Below are positions 1 through 12,250 of a stretch of DNA of 50,609 bases, in pieces (position 1 is the stretch's first letter; each line of letters begins with the position of its first letter). The DNA comes from Cystobasidiomycetes sp. EMM_F5 (lineage: Eukaryota), in assembly GCA_051047955.1 (NCBI GenBank), contig JBPGPT010000014.1, positions 372,001 through 422,609 of the forward strand. Direction: 5' to 3'. The notes under the pieces are model-generated. The model was not told the origin of the DNA. It made no database searches and saw nothing but the letters and a program-made list of their open reading frames with translations. The translations under genes were made by a program, and so were the position numbers.

Positions 1-515
1 TGATACTGCTGAACCGGGCTAGATGGATCTGCAAGCTTTTGTATCTGTGTCGTGGTCGCTCTACTCCGCTTAAACTTCTCGTTCGGCAGCGATGAATGCT
101 TGCCGTTCCCGCTCGAAGGGATCGACGGGGATGTGATATGCGAGCGAGACAGCGACGGAAGGGAAGTCGGTGTGCTTGAGATTTTGGCGCCCACAACTGG
201 AACGCATGTTTTGGCAAATGGCTTAGGTCTGTTTGCTAGCTTTGTAGGGCCTTGATTGCCAGTGACGGGACTTAGAGGTGTCCGATATACAGGGTATGGA
301 CCAGCGCGATTATCAATGCGAGAGGGCGAGCGTGAATGTCGAGCTACAAACGAAGAAAGTTTGCCCTGGGTGCGCGATGACGGCGTCCGACTTGGCTTCG
401 ACGCAGCTTCGAAGACTTTGCCGGTCGCCTGGCCTTCGAGATTTCGCAAAGCGGCCTCGTCCAGGTCTGCGAATATCGAATCTAGAATATCAAAGTCATC
501 GCTAGCAGGATTCAT
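1..515 (-). CDS. 5' part of a hypothetical protein running off the window (MNPASDDFDILDSIFADLDEAALRNLE...); Ser/Pro-rich disordered N-terminus
   Basis: Frame is open from ATG at 515 to the window edge with no stop, which is why the ORF track misses it; CGCG-rich promoter lies just upstream. Confidence 0.65.
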   Translation of the reverse strand, partial: MNPASDDFDILDSIFADLDEAALRNLEGQATGKVFEAASKPSRTPSSRTQGKLSSFVARHSRSPSRIDNRAGPYPVYRTPLSPVTGNQGPTKLANRPKPFAKTCVPVVGAKISSTPTSLPSLSRSHITSPSIPSSGNGKHSSLPNEKFKRSRATTTQIQKLADPSSPVQQY

Positions 516-610
516 GGGGACCAGCAGTAGTCACAGCAGATCTAGACAAGCACAGTTGGGGAAATGCTGTTATCTGACGAGGAGCCAGCACAAGTCAACA
601 ACGCCACCGT

Positions 611-640
611 CGCGAAAAACAAGTCGCGTCTGGCGCGAAA
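611..640. promoter_or_regulatory. Cluster of MCB/SCB-like elements (CGCGAAA, ACGCG, CGCGAAA)
   Basis: CGCGAAA at 611-617 and 634-640, CGCGT at 625-629, about 100-125 bp upstream of ATG 515. Confidence 0.4.
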
Positions 641-813
641 GACAAAATAAACGTGCAAAGACGTGTGCATATCAAGCTCAAATTGAAATACCTAATTGCA
701 CAAAGACATGATCCAAGGTGACTAATGTAACAACAACGCTGCACGGCAAAATTGGTGCCCTTCTGCCAAACAGGCCATCCAAGATTGCTCTCTCAAACCG
801 AGATTCCCTGACC

Positions 814-2660
814 TCAGAACGATTGATCCCAATCACCGTCAAAGATAGATTCATCAAGACCTTCAGCCGCAAGATCTAGCGGCTCAACTTTGGCACAGGC
901 TAGAGCGGCTCTCGATGCTGCGACCTTTTCTCGAGCCGCATTTGCTTTTGCAGGTTGCACAATCGTCGGACGCTTGAAAGGCTTGATGACTGACACTTCC
1001 CGAGGGAGCTGCTGCTGCTGCTGCTGTTGCTGTGATGACCGTGAAGTGCTCAAACTGCGGCTGCCAGTCCTGCTCAATCCGCAGCGTACAGTCTCCCGTG
1101 AAGTCAAGACGGCTTCTTTTGAAATAGTTTTCATCGGCACTTGCGCGGTTTCGCTGGTCAGATTTCTCGCAGGATTCGGACTTTTTGCAATTTTCGGGGC
1201 TAGTGGCTTGCTACTCAGAGTTCGGCCCGATGTCGCGAGGTCAGATTGCTCTAATGGCCTCGCTACCGCCGCAGAGACTGGTGGAACACCTTGCCCTAGG
1301 GTCTTGGTCTTGGCCTCGCGCTGATCCCTACGAGCGAAGCCGACCCAAGTTTTCGGAGATTCCTGTTTTTCGTTTGTCGATTTCAACACCCTTGATGTGT
1401 CCGACGTGTCCGGCCTTGTCGCTGGCAAACACTTTGCGGGAGAAGCAGGCGCTCCACCTCGTTTGACTCGTTGTGATGGTGCTGGACTGTCATCCTCCCT
1501 AATCTGGCTCAATGCCATTTCAAAACTTGGATCATCCTGCCAGTAGTCCCCTTCAACGTCGAGCGACATGGAGTCATTGTGAGGTTTGTTCGACTTGCTT
1601 TCGACTACATTGCTTTGCGCAAGCCATGATGTCGACGCACTGCGTGGCTGAGAATCAACGACGAAAGCCGTCTCAGACGATTTTGTGGTGTGTGACGACG
1701 ATCTTCGATGCTGAAGAATCGGAGGGTAATCTGCCAATACACATGTATCTGCTTTATTACTCTGTGCTGATTGTTGTTTGCGTGTTTCGTTCGCTGGCTC
1801 TAGTCTCTTTTCCAATGCTGCATTAGGCAACGACTTGATATCAACTGTTGCCGAGCGAAGAATATCTTTAGCTTGGTTCAATGTATGAATTGAAGGTTCT
1901 CACATGTCCTTGTAGCTTCCATTATTTTAGGCCCCTGCGGGGCTGCATGCAACTTTGGCTGGGCATCCCGAACACCCGGTGCCAATTTGATGGCGGCCAA
2001 TTCCTGGCTCATTGTATTCGTGACACATAGTAATGTCTTGTCAATGTCTTCGCGACATCGCTGTTTGCCCTTTGATGATCTGTTGTCTGTGATAGCAGCA
2101 GTCCTGCAAGCATTTTCCTTTTCACGCTCCGACATGGCCGCCAGTGCATTCTTGTGCTCTTTTGCGTCCAGGCGTCTGGAAAGCTCGCTAAACATTGCTT
2201 CCATCGCAAGGTCGTCCAGTGGTACAGTGGCCGGCCGATCACCCGATGTTGATGCAAGGCCAGAGTCGCTAGGGACGCGCCGCCTGCGTTTTGCGAAGCG
2301 CGATGCTGGTTGCCGTCCTACATTGTTGCTGTTGAAAGTAGTAGATGATGTTGCAGCGTTCGAAACGCTCATTCCGCCGAGCCGTGTTGGACTCGCCAGC
2401 CCAGCGTTGGCCGATGAGCGTTTGACCTTGTTGAGAGACGCCAATCCAACTGAAGACGTAGCAGCGGTACTCCAGGTCTCCGAAGTGCCTGCATACTGTG
2501 CTCTGTCGTGATTGCTGCCACTTTTCTTAGGCGCTATTCCCTCGAGCGTTTTCCGTATCGACTCCGCCGATACTCCCCAAGTAACGCGGTAGGAATCTTC
2601 CTGGGGCGCAGTCTGACTGCATCCTGGTGTGCCCTCATATCCAAAGTATTCGTCCAGCAT
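814..2660 (-). CDS. Hypothetical disordered protein with polyQ and an acidic-hydrophobic C-terminus (EGLDESIFDGDWDQSF); true start may be further upstream
   Basis: ORFs 1878-2660 and 814-1881 join in frame across a ~59-nt GTGAGA...CAACAG intron; further intron-like segments at about 2700-2915. Confidence 0.7.
1008..1032 (-). repeat. CAG/CAA microsatellite encoding polyQ (Q8)
   Basis: gctgctgctg... run; SSQQQQQQQQLP in the 814-1881 ORF. Confidence 0.9.
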
Positions 2661-3085
2661 GTCATAGCATAGCGGAGGATTACTGTCGGAAGGAGCAGAC
2701 CCGAGAGTTCTTCACGGCAATGCAAGCATATCGAAAATGATAATACGGTAAGGCAAGGGTTTGTATTCATATTCAACGCACATAAGCCTGAGCAAAATGT
2801 TAATAAACTAGCGGTCCATCTTCAAGGTTATGTTCGCCTTATAGCGGTATACCGTATATATACCGCTAAATCGGGTCAGGAAACGAAAGGCTCACGAGAA
2901 GACTGACACATACGATAATGCATTCTTTGCGGTGAGTAGCAACTGTCCTTGCGGCAGTGAGTATCCTGCATGGCCTGCCTTTACAGAGATATTTCGTTCG
3001 GCATCCACAAGCAGGCCATCTGCAATCTGTACTACCTTTGAAGGTGTAGTCGGCCAAAATATCGTGCTCGTAAACCCGTCCCTGC

Positions 3086-3555
3086 TCAGTTGAGCATTCC
3101 CGCTATCCTTTTCTCCACTTCTGCGGCATCATTCGCCCCATCTAAGCTGACTTGCTTCTCGACACCTCTTTCTGAATACCAGAACCTGATAAGCTGTGCG
3201 GTTCACTACGTATAGTGATAAGATAAGGAACGCTTACCAAATCGCGCGAAAGCTCTCGGCGGAGTCCCAAGGGCTTCTCGAATGAGGATGGGTAGGTCCG
3301 GGTTCTTAGCCTTGATGCCCAAGTAGGACTTTTCCACAAAGTTCCTGTAATCCCCACGTGTGGAGTACGATCATGGGGACAGGAGAAGAGAGCATGTCGT
3401 GTGATCATGTATCGTCAGCCGTGTTTGCTTAAACATCGTTCGTAAATCATCGCTTGTACCGACCTCGCGCCAGCAGAAGGGCCGGATTTCTGGCAGCATA
3501 GTATTCGCAATTCCCGCAGAGTTGACGGCAGGGCACGATGAAGTGGACCTGCCAT
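3086..3555 (-). CDS. NDUFA2: NADH:ubiquinone oxidoreductase B8 subunit, 3 exons
   Basis: Spliced product MAGPLHRALPSTLRELRILCCQKSGPSAGAR-NFVEKSYLGIKAKNPDLPILIREALGTPPRAFARF-ERGVEKQVSLDG...MLN*; LRELR and NPxLPILIRE are B8 signatures. Exons about 3464-3555, 3238-3344, 3086-3172. Confidence 0.93.
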
Positions 3556-4022
3556 ATTGGTGGTTGTGTAGAGGAAGCACTGCGTACGAGCGGCAAGCTT
3601 CATTCGCGATGATCGAGTGAGCCATCGAACGCAAACACAAGCACAAACTATATGGGCTGCTGTCTTCCAACCACGCAATGAGCTTCAAATGGCTGCACAT
3701 ATGCAATACGACAAAAGTTCATAACTTCTCGACATGATTGCATGCGGCTGTTCCACCGTGGCTGATTGTACACAAGAGTAAGACAAGAAGGAGCCGAAAG
3801 TGCTTACAAGATATCAGCTATACAGCTGACCACTGTGCCCGTCAACAGAATGAACGTTACTGGTCACTGTCGTAAACCCCGTATTCATATATATTTTCTG
3901 AGCATTTCGTGTCGAAAGTAAGAAAGGGTATCGTAAGGGTGTCGTAAGAGTCATCGAGAAAGTGTGCCATACGTAGTTCTGTTGGCCTCCATCAATTAGG
4001 TATGGTCGCATGCGTTGCGACA

Positions 4023-7000
4023 TTAATTAGAATAGATATTGGCAGACGTGTTGGCTCTCTGCAGAGTTCGCGCGAAGCTGCCTGGTCTCATGGGGAACGA
4101 ATTGGCATGGTGACCCGCTCTTAGAAGCTGTGGTCGAGTAACTTTGCCAGACAGGCAAGGGCTATCTCCGCCTTGCGAGTCTAGTCCAGAAGACGGACCT
4201 GCGCAAGGACTGCTACTCTCTTGGGGACCACCCAACATGTTGGCTTGGCGGCCGATACCCACGGGGCTGCCGTGCATACCATCATGCCCTTCGTGTTCCT
4301 CTTCGTGCACACAAAGCTGGGCAGAGCTGATGACCCCGTTGAAGAGGGAAGAATTAAATCCCGTAAGCGACGATGCGCTAGGACGGCTCGCATTGTTCAA
4401 GCCGGCTTGAGCACCAGTACCAGATCTGCTGGATGCGTTGACAGCAGAGAACCTGTTTACGGCGGCATTGCTGGGATTCGGGCCGGCAAACATACTTTCG
4501 CCAAATGTATAGGATTTGGCTCGGATACCCATACGTTTTCTTCGCATCTGTCCGAGATCATTGGCTCGTGCCGTCAGATGTCGCGGGTCATCCATCTGCA
4601 CGTAGCCTCTCGGTTCACATCGTTCTGGGTACTGTTTCCAGCATTCGGCATATCCTCCCTGAAGAACGTAGACTTCTGGATAATGTACGGCAGGATATGC
4701 GGCATGATTCAGCGCCCGGTCTTTGCTTCGAAGGTATTTAGCACTGTTCATGTATTGTCAGTCTAATCCGCTATTCAGCATGCCACACGTACAGCGTCGG
4801 GGCTCGCTTGGCTGAGAATTCGCAATGGAAAACTAGAATCGTTTTTTTGTCTTCCCCATTCGTATCCAAGCATCCACTCTTGCTTGGCAGGGGTAGCTCT
4901 TCTGCTGATGCATGCAGACATTCGTCGCCTGACGAAAGTAAGAACTGCTCTACAGCTTCTGCAGTGCGGAGGTTGATGGCACCTTCGACATGGCCACCGT
5001 CGAATTCGTAATCAAAGCGACAGTCAATCACGACATATTGATGAATGAAGTCGTCGTACACGCCAGTCAAGAGATCGTTGAGCGTGGACGCAGTCACTCT
5101 CATCAATCCGTCTTCTTTGACGGGAAAGCAAGGCAGAATCTTGCCTTGACTCTCCTTATGACCAAATCCCGAAGTGAAGGACGCTTCAGGGCTTGGTTGA
5201 TAGTTGTTGAGGTGCTTGGACTGGCCTTGCACGCTATTGACGGTAATGCGGACTGGAGAGGCCGCATTTGCGGGTGAGATGATGCCAAGAGATTGTCTAT
5301 TATTCACAGAGCCTGCCTGAAAGTATCCAGCAGCGTTGGAAGTCGTAGCGTCATTGACTGTCGCCAGCGGAGGAGAAGCATAGAATTCCGAATCGCACAT
5401 AGAGTGTGCTCTGCGATTCTGCAGGCCAAAAAGGTCTGCCGCGGTTGTTTGGCTTCTGCCCACCAACCTCGGTCTACCATCAGGTCCTCGTGAAGCCTTG
5501 CGATGGCGACTGCTTGAACTACTTCTTCCAGATCCTTCGTTGTCCGGATCATTGTCATGAGCGGCATCGGACTTTGCTGCTGCAGCTGCTGTCAAAGCAG
5601 CCAGGAAAGCAGAAGATCCACCGCTAAAAGACCCCTGTCCGGATCCTCTCCGCTTACTTGCGGGATACTGGGCATGACTAGCTAATCCATTAGAAGATGC
5701 AGCTCTCGCGAGGGCTCTCTGACCGGCAGCCTTGCCAAACGTAGAGGGCAGCGCAGCGTGTGCCGAATCTGCCGTGCCGAGACCCATAAGAATATTGGAA
5801 CGATCTGTCTGCGATGGATGTCTGGAATGCTTGACTGGCGAATCACCGCCTGCACTAGAAGCAAAGGACGAGTCCGCTTCCTCCATACCGCGCTTGCGTC
5901 CTGCTTGACTAGCATAAACGGGTCCAGTCGGTGACGAATCCACCAGCTCTGCTCCACCTTCGAAAAGGTCGCTCAATCCAGGCGAGCACGAAGCCGAGAT
6001 GGCCTGGCCGAGATTTTCGGAAGGCAGAGCTACAGCTACTCCGGTTTTTGAAGAAGTTCGGACTGGATACGGGGAGCAACCATCTACGTCCATACCACCT
6101 GGGCTACTCTCAATATTGCCGTCATCGCTGTGCGCATTCATGACTTCTCTAGCAAGACGAGATCCCGATTCAGTTGCAAGAGTACGTCTCGTGGGAACGG
6201 CCGAGTCGGACTAGTATGCACACGTCAAATTTGATATTACCCACGGATCTTCAACAACTGTAAACCTACGGCACTCTGTCGAAGATCCAGTCTTCCGAGA
6301 CTTGACGGTTTCGTGGCTGGAGCAGAAATTGTATGATGAAGCCTGGCAATCGGTCGGACTGGGGGTTCTACAAACAGCGATGGACTAGTCGGTCGAGATG
6401 TAGCATAATTTGAAGATGGAGCAGCTGGCTCAGTGTGCGAACGACCGTGAGTCCAGTCGGCTGGAATTCCAACTCGTACTCTAGACCTGTGATACACCAA
6501 GCAACATTCAGCTTCCAACATGCAGAATGCCCAGTTGCACTTACGCTCCGCTAATTGGTCGACGTATCGAAGCTCCGCTCAGGGAGCTCTGTCTCGCTGA
6601 AGTGGCCCGCAGGGTCAGACCGCCATCCTTGCCAACAGCTGCGTTATCGCTATACGATCTTTCCAGAGGGATAGGTGGCCGGGGAGAAAGTTGGAAAGGA
6701 TCTGCTTTTGCAGAAGCCGTTCGGAGTAGTCCGGTCGGGCGTTTTAAAGGGGCGTTTGTACATAGTTTGGCAGTCACCATTGTATTGATGTCTTTAGACA
6801 CAAGAGGGTTTGAAACAGTCTGATTCAGTGTGGAATTCGTGATAGTTTGAGCAGGCGGATGTGAAGGTTGTCTTGCGAGTTGTCTGAAGAAGCTCTGATC
6901 AAAGACAGTATTACTGGTCGGGGCGGTCCGACTTGATGGTTGCAAGAAAGCAGACTTTGGTTGTAAATGCAGAGCAGGCAGAATTGGCGGTAGTCCATGT

Positions 7001-7414
7001 ACAGCTCTGCTCGTTTGAATTGGCGCAAGCTTGAACGCTGGGGCGGCTGGCGACACGTCCATGAGATGAGGCGAGCTTTTGGGTATATATTCTTCAGAAT
7101 TTTCGCCTTCTTCTCCATCGTTGACGCTGGCAGGTCGCATCTCTGCTGATATATTCCTGTGATAGCGATACTAGTATTAGCGTGTGGTCTTCGTTGGCCC
7201 CTTTTTTCAACGAAACTCACATGCTATGTGCAAAGGTGCTGTCGAATGATGGAGACAGCTGACCCACAGCAGGTCCATTGCTGCTCCCATTCTTGTGCGC
7301 ATCGCCAAATGTAGCTACGACAGGAGAAGACGAAGTCGCTGCCGGGCCAAAGAGGGATCCGTGAGACCACTGTCTGTGATGCGCCGGAACCGGGGACGAC
7401 GAGAGGAAAGCCAT
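4023..7414 (-). CDS. MIH1: M-phase inducer phosphatase Cdc25/Mih1, 5 exons
   Basis: Rhodanese motifs VIDCRFDYEFDGGHVEGAIN, catalytic HCEFSAKRAP and YPEVYVLQGGY; long Ser/Pro-rich N-terminus; canonical introns link the ORF pieces. Confidence 0.95.
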
Positions 7415-8136
7415 TCTTGAAGGCAGTTCTAAGGTGTATATACCTATTCACGGTATGCTGCACTTGCAACACCCTCTGGCGGCTGTTGCGAGCGACGCAC
7501 AGCCGGGAAAGCCACACCCAGAGTTGGGGCGCAGTTCACCGCTGCGGCCACGGCGGATCAGGCAGGGCGGGGTGCAGGCAAGAGTTGCAGACGCCCGGAG
7601 GAACGGAGGCTGCCTTGAATGAGTTGATGGCAGTCGCGGAGTCCGAGTATTGTCGGAATGATCAGGAAAATGCCCTGAATTCCAGGCTCCAAGCTTGTGG
7701 TCGCGACCCGGGACCAAACGAGTCCTGCAGGATTCAGACGGCGAGCAGTGTGAACCATACAGTCCTATCCAAGAGAATAATGATGAGCCGCTGCTTGCTG
7801 CCAGTGACGCAGCTTGTGCCCTCTCGCGAGCACAAAAGGGAGCGTAGAAGCTCAATTTGTTTTCAGGGGTTCGAGCGAGATCGCAAGTCACGGGAATGAC
7901 GCGCACCACTCCTGGGCTGACGTCTGCGAGCTAAAGAGGACAGAGACGGAGGTGTGCTTGCTGTAAAAGAACAAATTGCAGAAACGAAAACACAATTCGG
8001 CTGCTATTGGCCATGGATGTTGTGGTCGAGTGGCGTCACAGAAACGGTGCGAAAAGTAGTCGCGTCAAACGGATTGCCATCATAACGCGTGTTTAGGGTG
8101 CTAGAAGACGGGAGTGCGGCTTATTTGGCTTGTTTG

Positions 8137-9876
8137 CTACGACAACGATGCCCCGATATGTGTTGGTGCTTTGCAACTACCATTCTTTGTCACTATCCGG
8201 TGCACTTTACCGTCATTGTTGCTGTCGACCCAAGCAGCCTCTCTAGTGTCGAGCGTTGTGAAGCCAGGTTGGATCGTCTCAAAAACCTTCTTCTTTGGCG
8301 GTAGTTGCTCCAGCGGTGAGACTTGCTCAAAACCCTCAAAGTAGACACGGTCTCCTGGAGCGCTTCCTTCCGGAGGCGCGACAAGCTCGACGCTTCCCAT
8401 ACCGCTCTTACCGTCCCTACTGGTTGCAGCTAGCACCATGGCGTACGACTTGATACCTCGCATGGCTGCGGGCTTCAGGTTGCACACACAGATGAGTACT
8501 TTGCCTTGCATCTCCTCGATGGGCTGCAATTCATGTTGTCAGTACTTGGCGAGGCCAGCAAAAGAATCCTACGAAAACATAGCTCACAATGTAGTTGACA
8601 AGCCCAGACACGACAGTACGAGCTTCAGCTTCTCCGACATCGATCTGCTCAACGTAGAGTGAATCGGCGTCCGGGTGCTTCTTCACTGTAAATCATGACG
8701 TTGTCAGTTAAGTACTACATGGCTCGAGGAAGAATACTTACCATCTATGATCTTTCCGACACGCAAGTCTATAAGGCCAGGCGAAATTTTCTCCGGCTCT
8801 GCAGCAGCCGCACCAGCAGGGGCACCTCCACTCGCTCCACCCGACTTCTTCTCCTTTGCAGGCTTGGCCCCGCTTTGTGCAGCCCCTTTCTCCCCACCAT
8901 CCTCCTTCTTGACCTTTTCCTTCTTCTCCTTCTTATCTACGCCATTGTTTGCATCGGAAGGAGCAGCGGCAGCAGCAGCGGTTTCGCCTTTCTTCGCTTT
9001 CGCTTCTTTACCGGCAGCCGTGTCTTTGCCTTCGCTCTTGACTGGTGCAGCATCTCCTGACACAGCTTTCTTGTCCTTCTTCTCTTTCTTCGGCTCCGGT
9101 TTGCGTTCGATGACTGGGACGTTGTCAAGATCGATTGAGATAGGAGTAGACGAAAGGGTGTTAGGTGGTAGTTTCGACAGGGCAGTGATGACCGAAGGCG
9201 TGTGCTGTAAGAGATCGAAATGACGAGTCACGTTTGGGTGTGAAAGGAGTGTTTCGCGGCTGGCTTGAGACTGTCAGGAAGAGGAAAATCAGCCGGCATA
9301 TTCGTGGATGAAGGCCAAGAGAGCCGTACGAAGTAAGACTGTAGCCTTGCAAACACAGCCACATCTGCAGCCGTACATTGTGAATGTGCTATGTAGGTCT
9401 TGTTTGCGAGATGATTATTTAAGTCTTGCACTGGAAACCCATAGGCTGCATCGCTGGAGTTGCCTGCCAACGTGTAATTGGTGGAAGCGTCAATCCATTT
9501 CTCGACCGCACCACTGCCATCGCTAGACGCTTTGCCTCTCGAGGTGGTTGCTGGTGCCCCAAGTGCTTCGGTCGTCTGGTCCGCCTGTTCCAGCAAACTT
9601 TTGAATATCGATACAAACGACGATTGGCCGCTACTTCCGCTCAAGCTGAGCTGGGCGTTACGTAACATTGACATTGACAAGTAAACAGCGTTATACCGTC
9701 AGTACTTTCGTCGAATCCGTTCTGTATTTTTCGCACACCTCGCTGCCAGTGACGAGCTCAAAGTCTGGGATGTGCGATGCAATGAACAGTTGCGTAAGTA
9801 GACTGATACCCGCATACTGTCCTTGAGTTGTATTGCTCGGCGGTGGAGCAGTAAGTACATTTCTTCCTAGCGACAT
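8137..9876 (-). CDS. ARC1: Aminoacyl-tRNA synthetase cofactor Arc1/AIMP1-like (GST-like N-domain, Lys-rich linker, tRNA-binding OB domain)
   Basis: [69 protein letters not shown]-terminal [13 protein letters not shown]...TAADVAVF. Confidence 0.92.
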
Positions 9877-10122
9877 TTTGGTGAGCGTACAAGGCGGCTC
9901 AGCACGCGGCAGCAGACGAAGAAGCGAGTAAAATAAGTAGGCGTGCAAATTCACATTCAACTATGATACACAACTGTGAACGATAGCAGGAGAACTAGTA
10001 AATCTTATATTATGTGGTATTGCGTATGGTATTGTATTAATTGATATTCATGCTCGGGAAAGACTGTATGTGGAGAAGATGTGTTCGCTTGGATCTGAGA
10101 ATATCTCCGGTGCTTCGAATGC

Positions 10123-11626
10123 TTAGACAGCAGTAACGTCTGAGCGGCGGTTGTCTGCGTTGACAGGATACATAGTACCCGACTGTGCCTGTCCGCCAAC
10201 AGGTCCATTGCCAGCAATCGCGGTCTGGTTAGTACCGACTGGGTGAACAGGTCCGGAAGCGACCTTGTTGGGGTTGGCGGATTGTCGCTTGCCGGAAGCA
10301 AGTGCTGGGTTGTCACCGGTAGTGCGGGAGGACATAACATTCTGATTTGTACCGTTGGTTGGCACGGAAGCATAGGCTACGATCCCGACATGTTAGCACA
10401 TTTCAAAATCAAGTTGAGATAGGCTCACCAGAGAAGTGGCCAGACTGAAGACCGAAGCTCTCGTATGGGACTTTGCGGAGAGCATAAAGGTGGATGAGGA
10501 GGAAGACGGGTTTGGCAAGGATGTCCAGGATGCCGTAGCTGTGAGAAATACCAGTCAGTGTCAGCTCGCATACAGACGCAGCACTCCTTACAAAATCATC
10601 TCAGAGTCGGTGGAAATGACGTTGCCACCATCTGCAAGACCCCACGCAACAGGGTACAGGAGCCACAAGAAGCAGAGGAGACCAGCAGAAGTGAGATATG
10701 CCTTGTGTGCTTCAACAGAGAGAGCCTTTGCGTTGGCGCGGGCTGGCACAATCAAAGCCCATGTGATATAGAGGAGGGCAACTGTGGCACCAACGAAGTA
10801 GCCCCATTTGTATACGGACGGTACGAGTGCGCCGATGAGACCGCCAATGATCATGACCTCGTCCACTGAATGTCCAATCGTTGTCAGAGCTATCGTCTAG
10901 CAGTCTATGAAATCGACCTACTGAAAATGATGCCGAAGATGCCAGACAATGGCATCCCAGTAGCAAGGAGAAGTTCAAGAAGGAGGAGTGGAGTAGTGAT
11001 GACCCAGTCAATGTATCGCGCGTACCAGATGGATCGCGTGTATGGATTAGCATTGCCGGACTAATTGCGGAAAAACAAGGTGATCAATTCAGTAGTGAAG
11101 AGATTTTGTTCAGTAACAGCAGGAAATACATGCGAATTGAAGGTAATCCTCACGTATAGCGAGCCATAACGGACAAATTCAACGTATACTGGAGTGGAAC
11201 CTAGATCTGAGGCCATGGAGAAATAGGCAATTGATGCAGTGAACAGCTGAAGGATGCTGTTAGCGACTTCTTACTCTATGGATGGCAATGTGCAGCTTAC
11301 GAGTGCAATACCTGCATGGTTTGAAGTAAACCCAAAGTTGTGGCAAAATCAAAAAATAATAGCATTAGCTAGAGGTTCTCAACGCCTTTGTGTTATTGCT
11401 GACCTATCCAGTGGAATGTACGTTGTCCAGCCGGAATCAAGAACGACCACGCAAGAACTCCAAGGGCAGAAGCCAACATGACAGCGAAAACGGCCCACAA
11501 CCAGTCAGAGCCGCGCACGGTCAGATCGGCATCGGCTACGACTGGATTCACGACCAGTGCATTGTTTGCAGCGATAACCTGGCTTGCCATGGTAGCAAAA
11601 GCCACCATAGTGGCGAAGAACTTCAT
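10123..11626 (-). CDS. Fungal type-1 (microbial) rhodopsin, auxiliary/CarO-like, 7 exons including an 11-nt microexon (11301-11311)
   Basis: Spliced 7TM product: GSDWLWAVF; LFTASIAYFSMASDLG; WYARYIDWVITTPLLLLEL; MDEVMIIGGLIGAL; LWLLYPVAWGLADGGN; YGILDILAKPVF (Schiff-base Lys codon at 10511-10513). Confidence 0.93.
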
Positions 11627-11699
11627 GGCTTGCTTGATTTGCTTGATGCAAGAAGCTTGGGAGAGAAGATGGTCAGTGAGTGCGTGGTGTGGAAGAAAG

Positions 11700-12250
11700 A
11701 CGTGAGGAAATCTGTCGTTCTGAGGTCAAAGGGTTGGAGCTAATTTTGCTGCAGCTATGATGTATGAAGCCAGTGTCCGAGTTTCCGGCGACGTCACGAT
11801 TTTCCCGAAAATAGCACAACGATCAGGAACCGTTCTGGAGATTATCAGATTGTGCTGACTGTATCGTGTGCTTTGCGGCCCTCGGTGCAGGGTTTTGTCG
11901 CTCTCACGCTGCAATTGCTTTCCAAATCTTCTCAGTAAGTAGCTCCCCCATATTCAGAGTCAGAATATCCACGCCCGTAAGATCCATTCAAGAAGATCCA
12001 TTCAAGATCTTCAGCATAGCTAGGATGTCGAGCATCTTTCGAAATTTGCCAGAAAAATCAGCTTCGAAAATTTTGGCATGGCCGTATATCGAGATTTGCC
12101 AACAGTGCTCTGCTCGGTCAAGATCTGTCACCGAGATTTGTCGCGGTGGACGGCATCATTCGCGGAGAAGCCGACAAGCTCTTTGCACGAGCAAAACCCG
12201 TCATCTTCCGAACGCAGTGGATCCCTGACGACATGATATCATATGCCTCA
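11700..12250. promoter_or_regulatory. Rhodopsin upstream region with repeated CGA(A/G)ATTTG and AGATC motifs
   Basis: TCGAAATTTGCCA 12039-12051, TCGAGATTTGCCA 12089-12101, CCGAGATTTGTCG ~12131; tandem AAGATCCATTCAAG x2 at 11979-12006. Confidence 0.45.
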
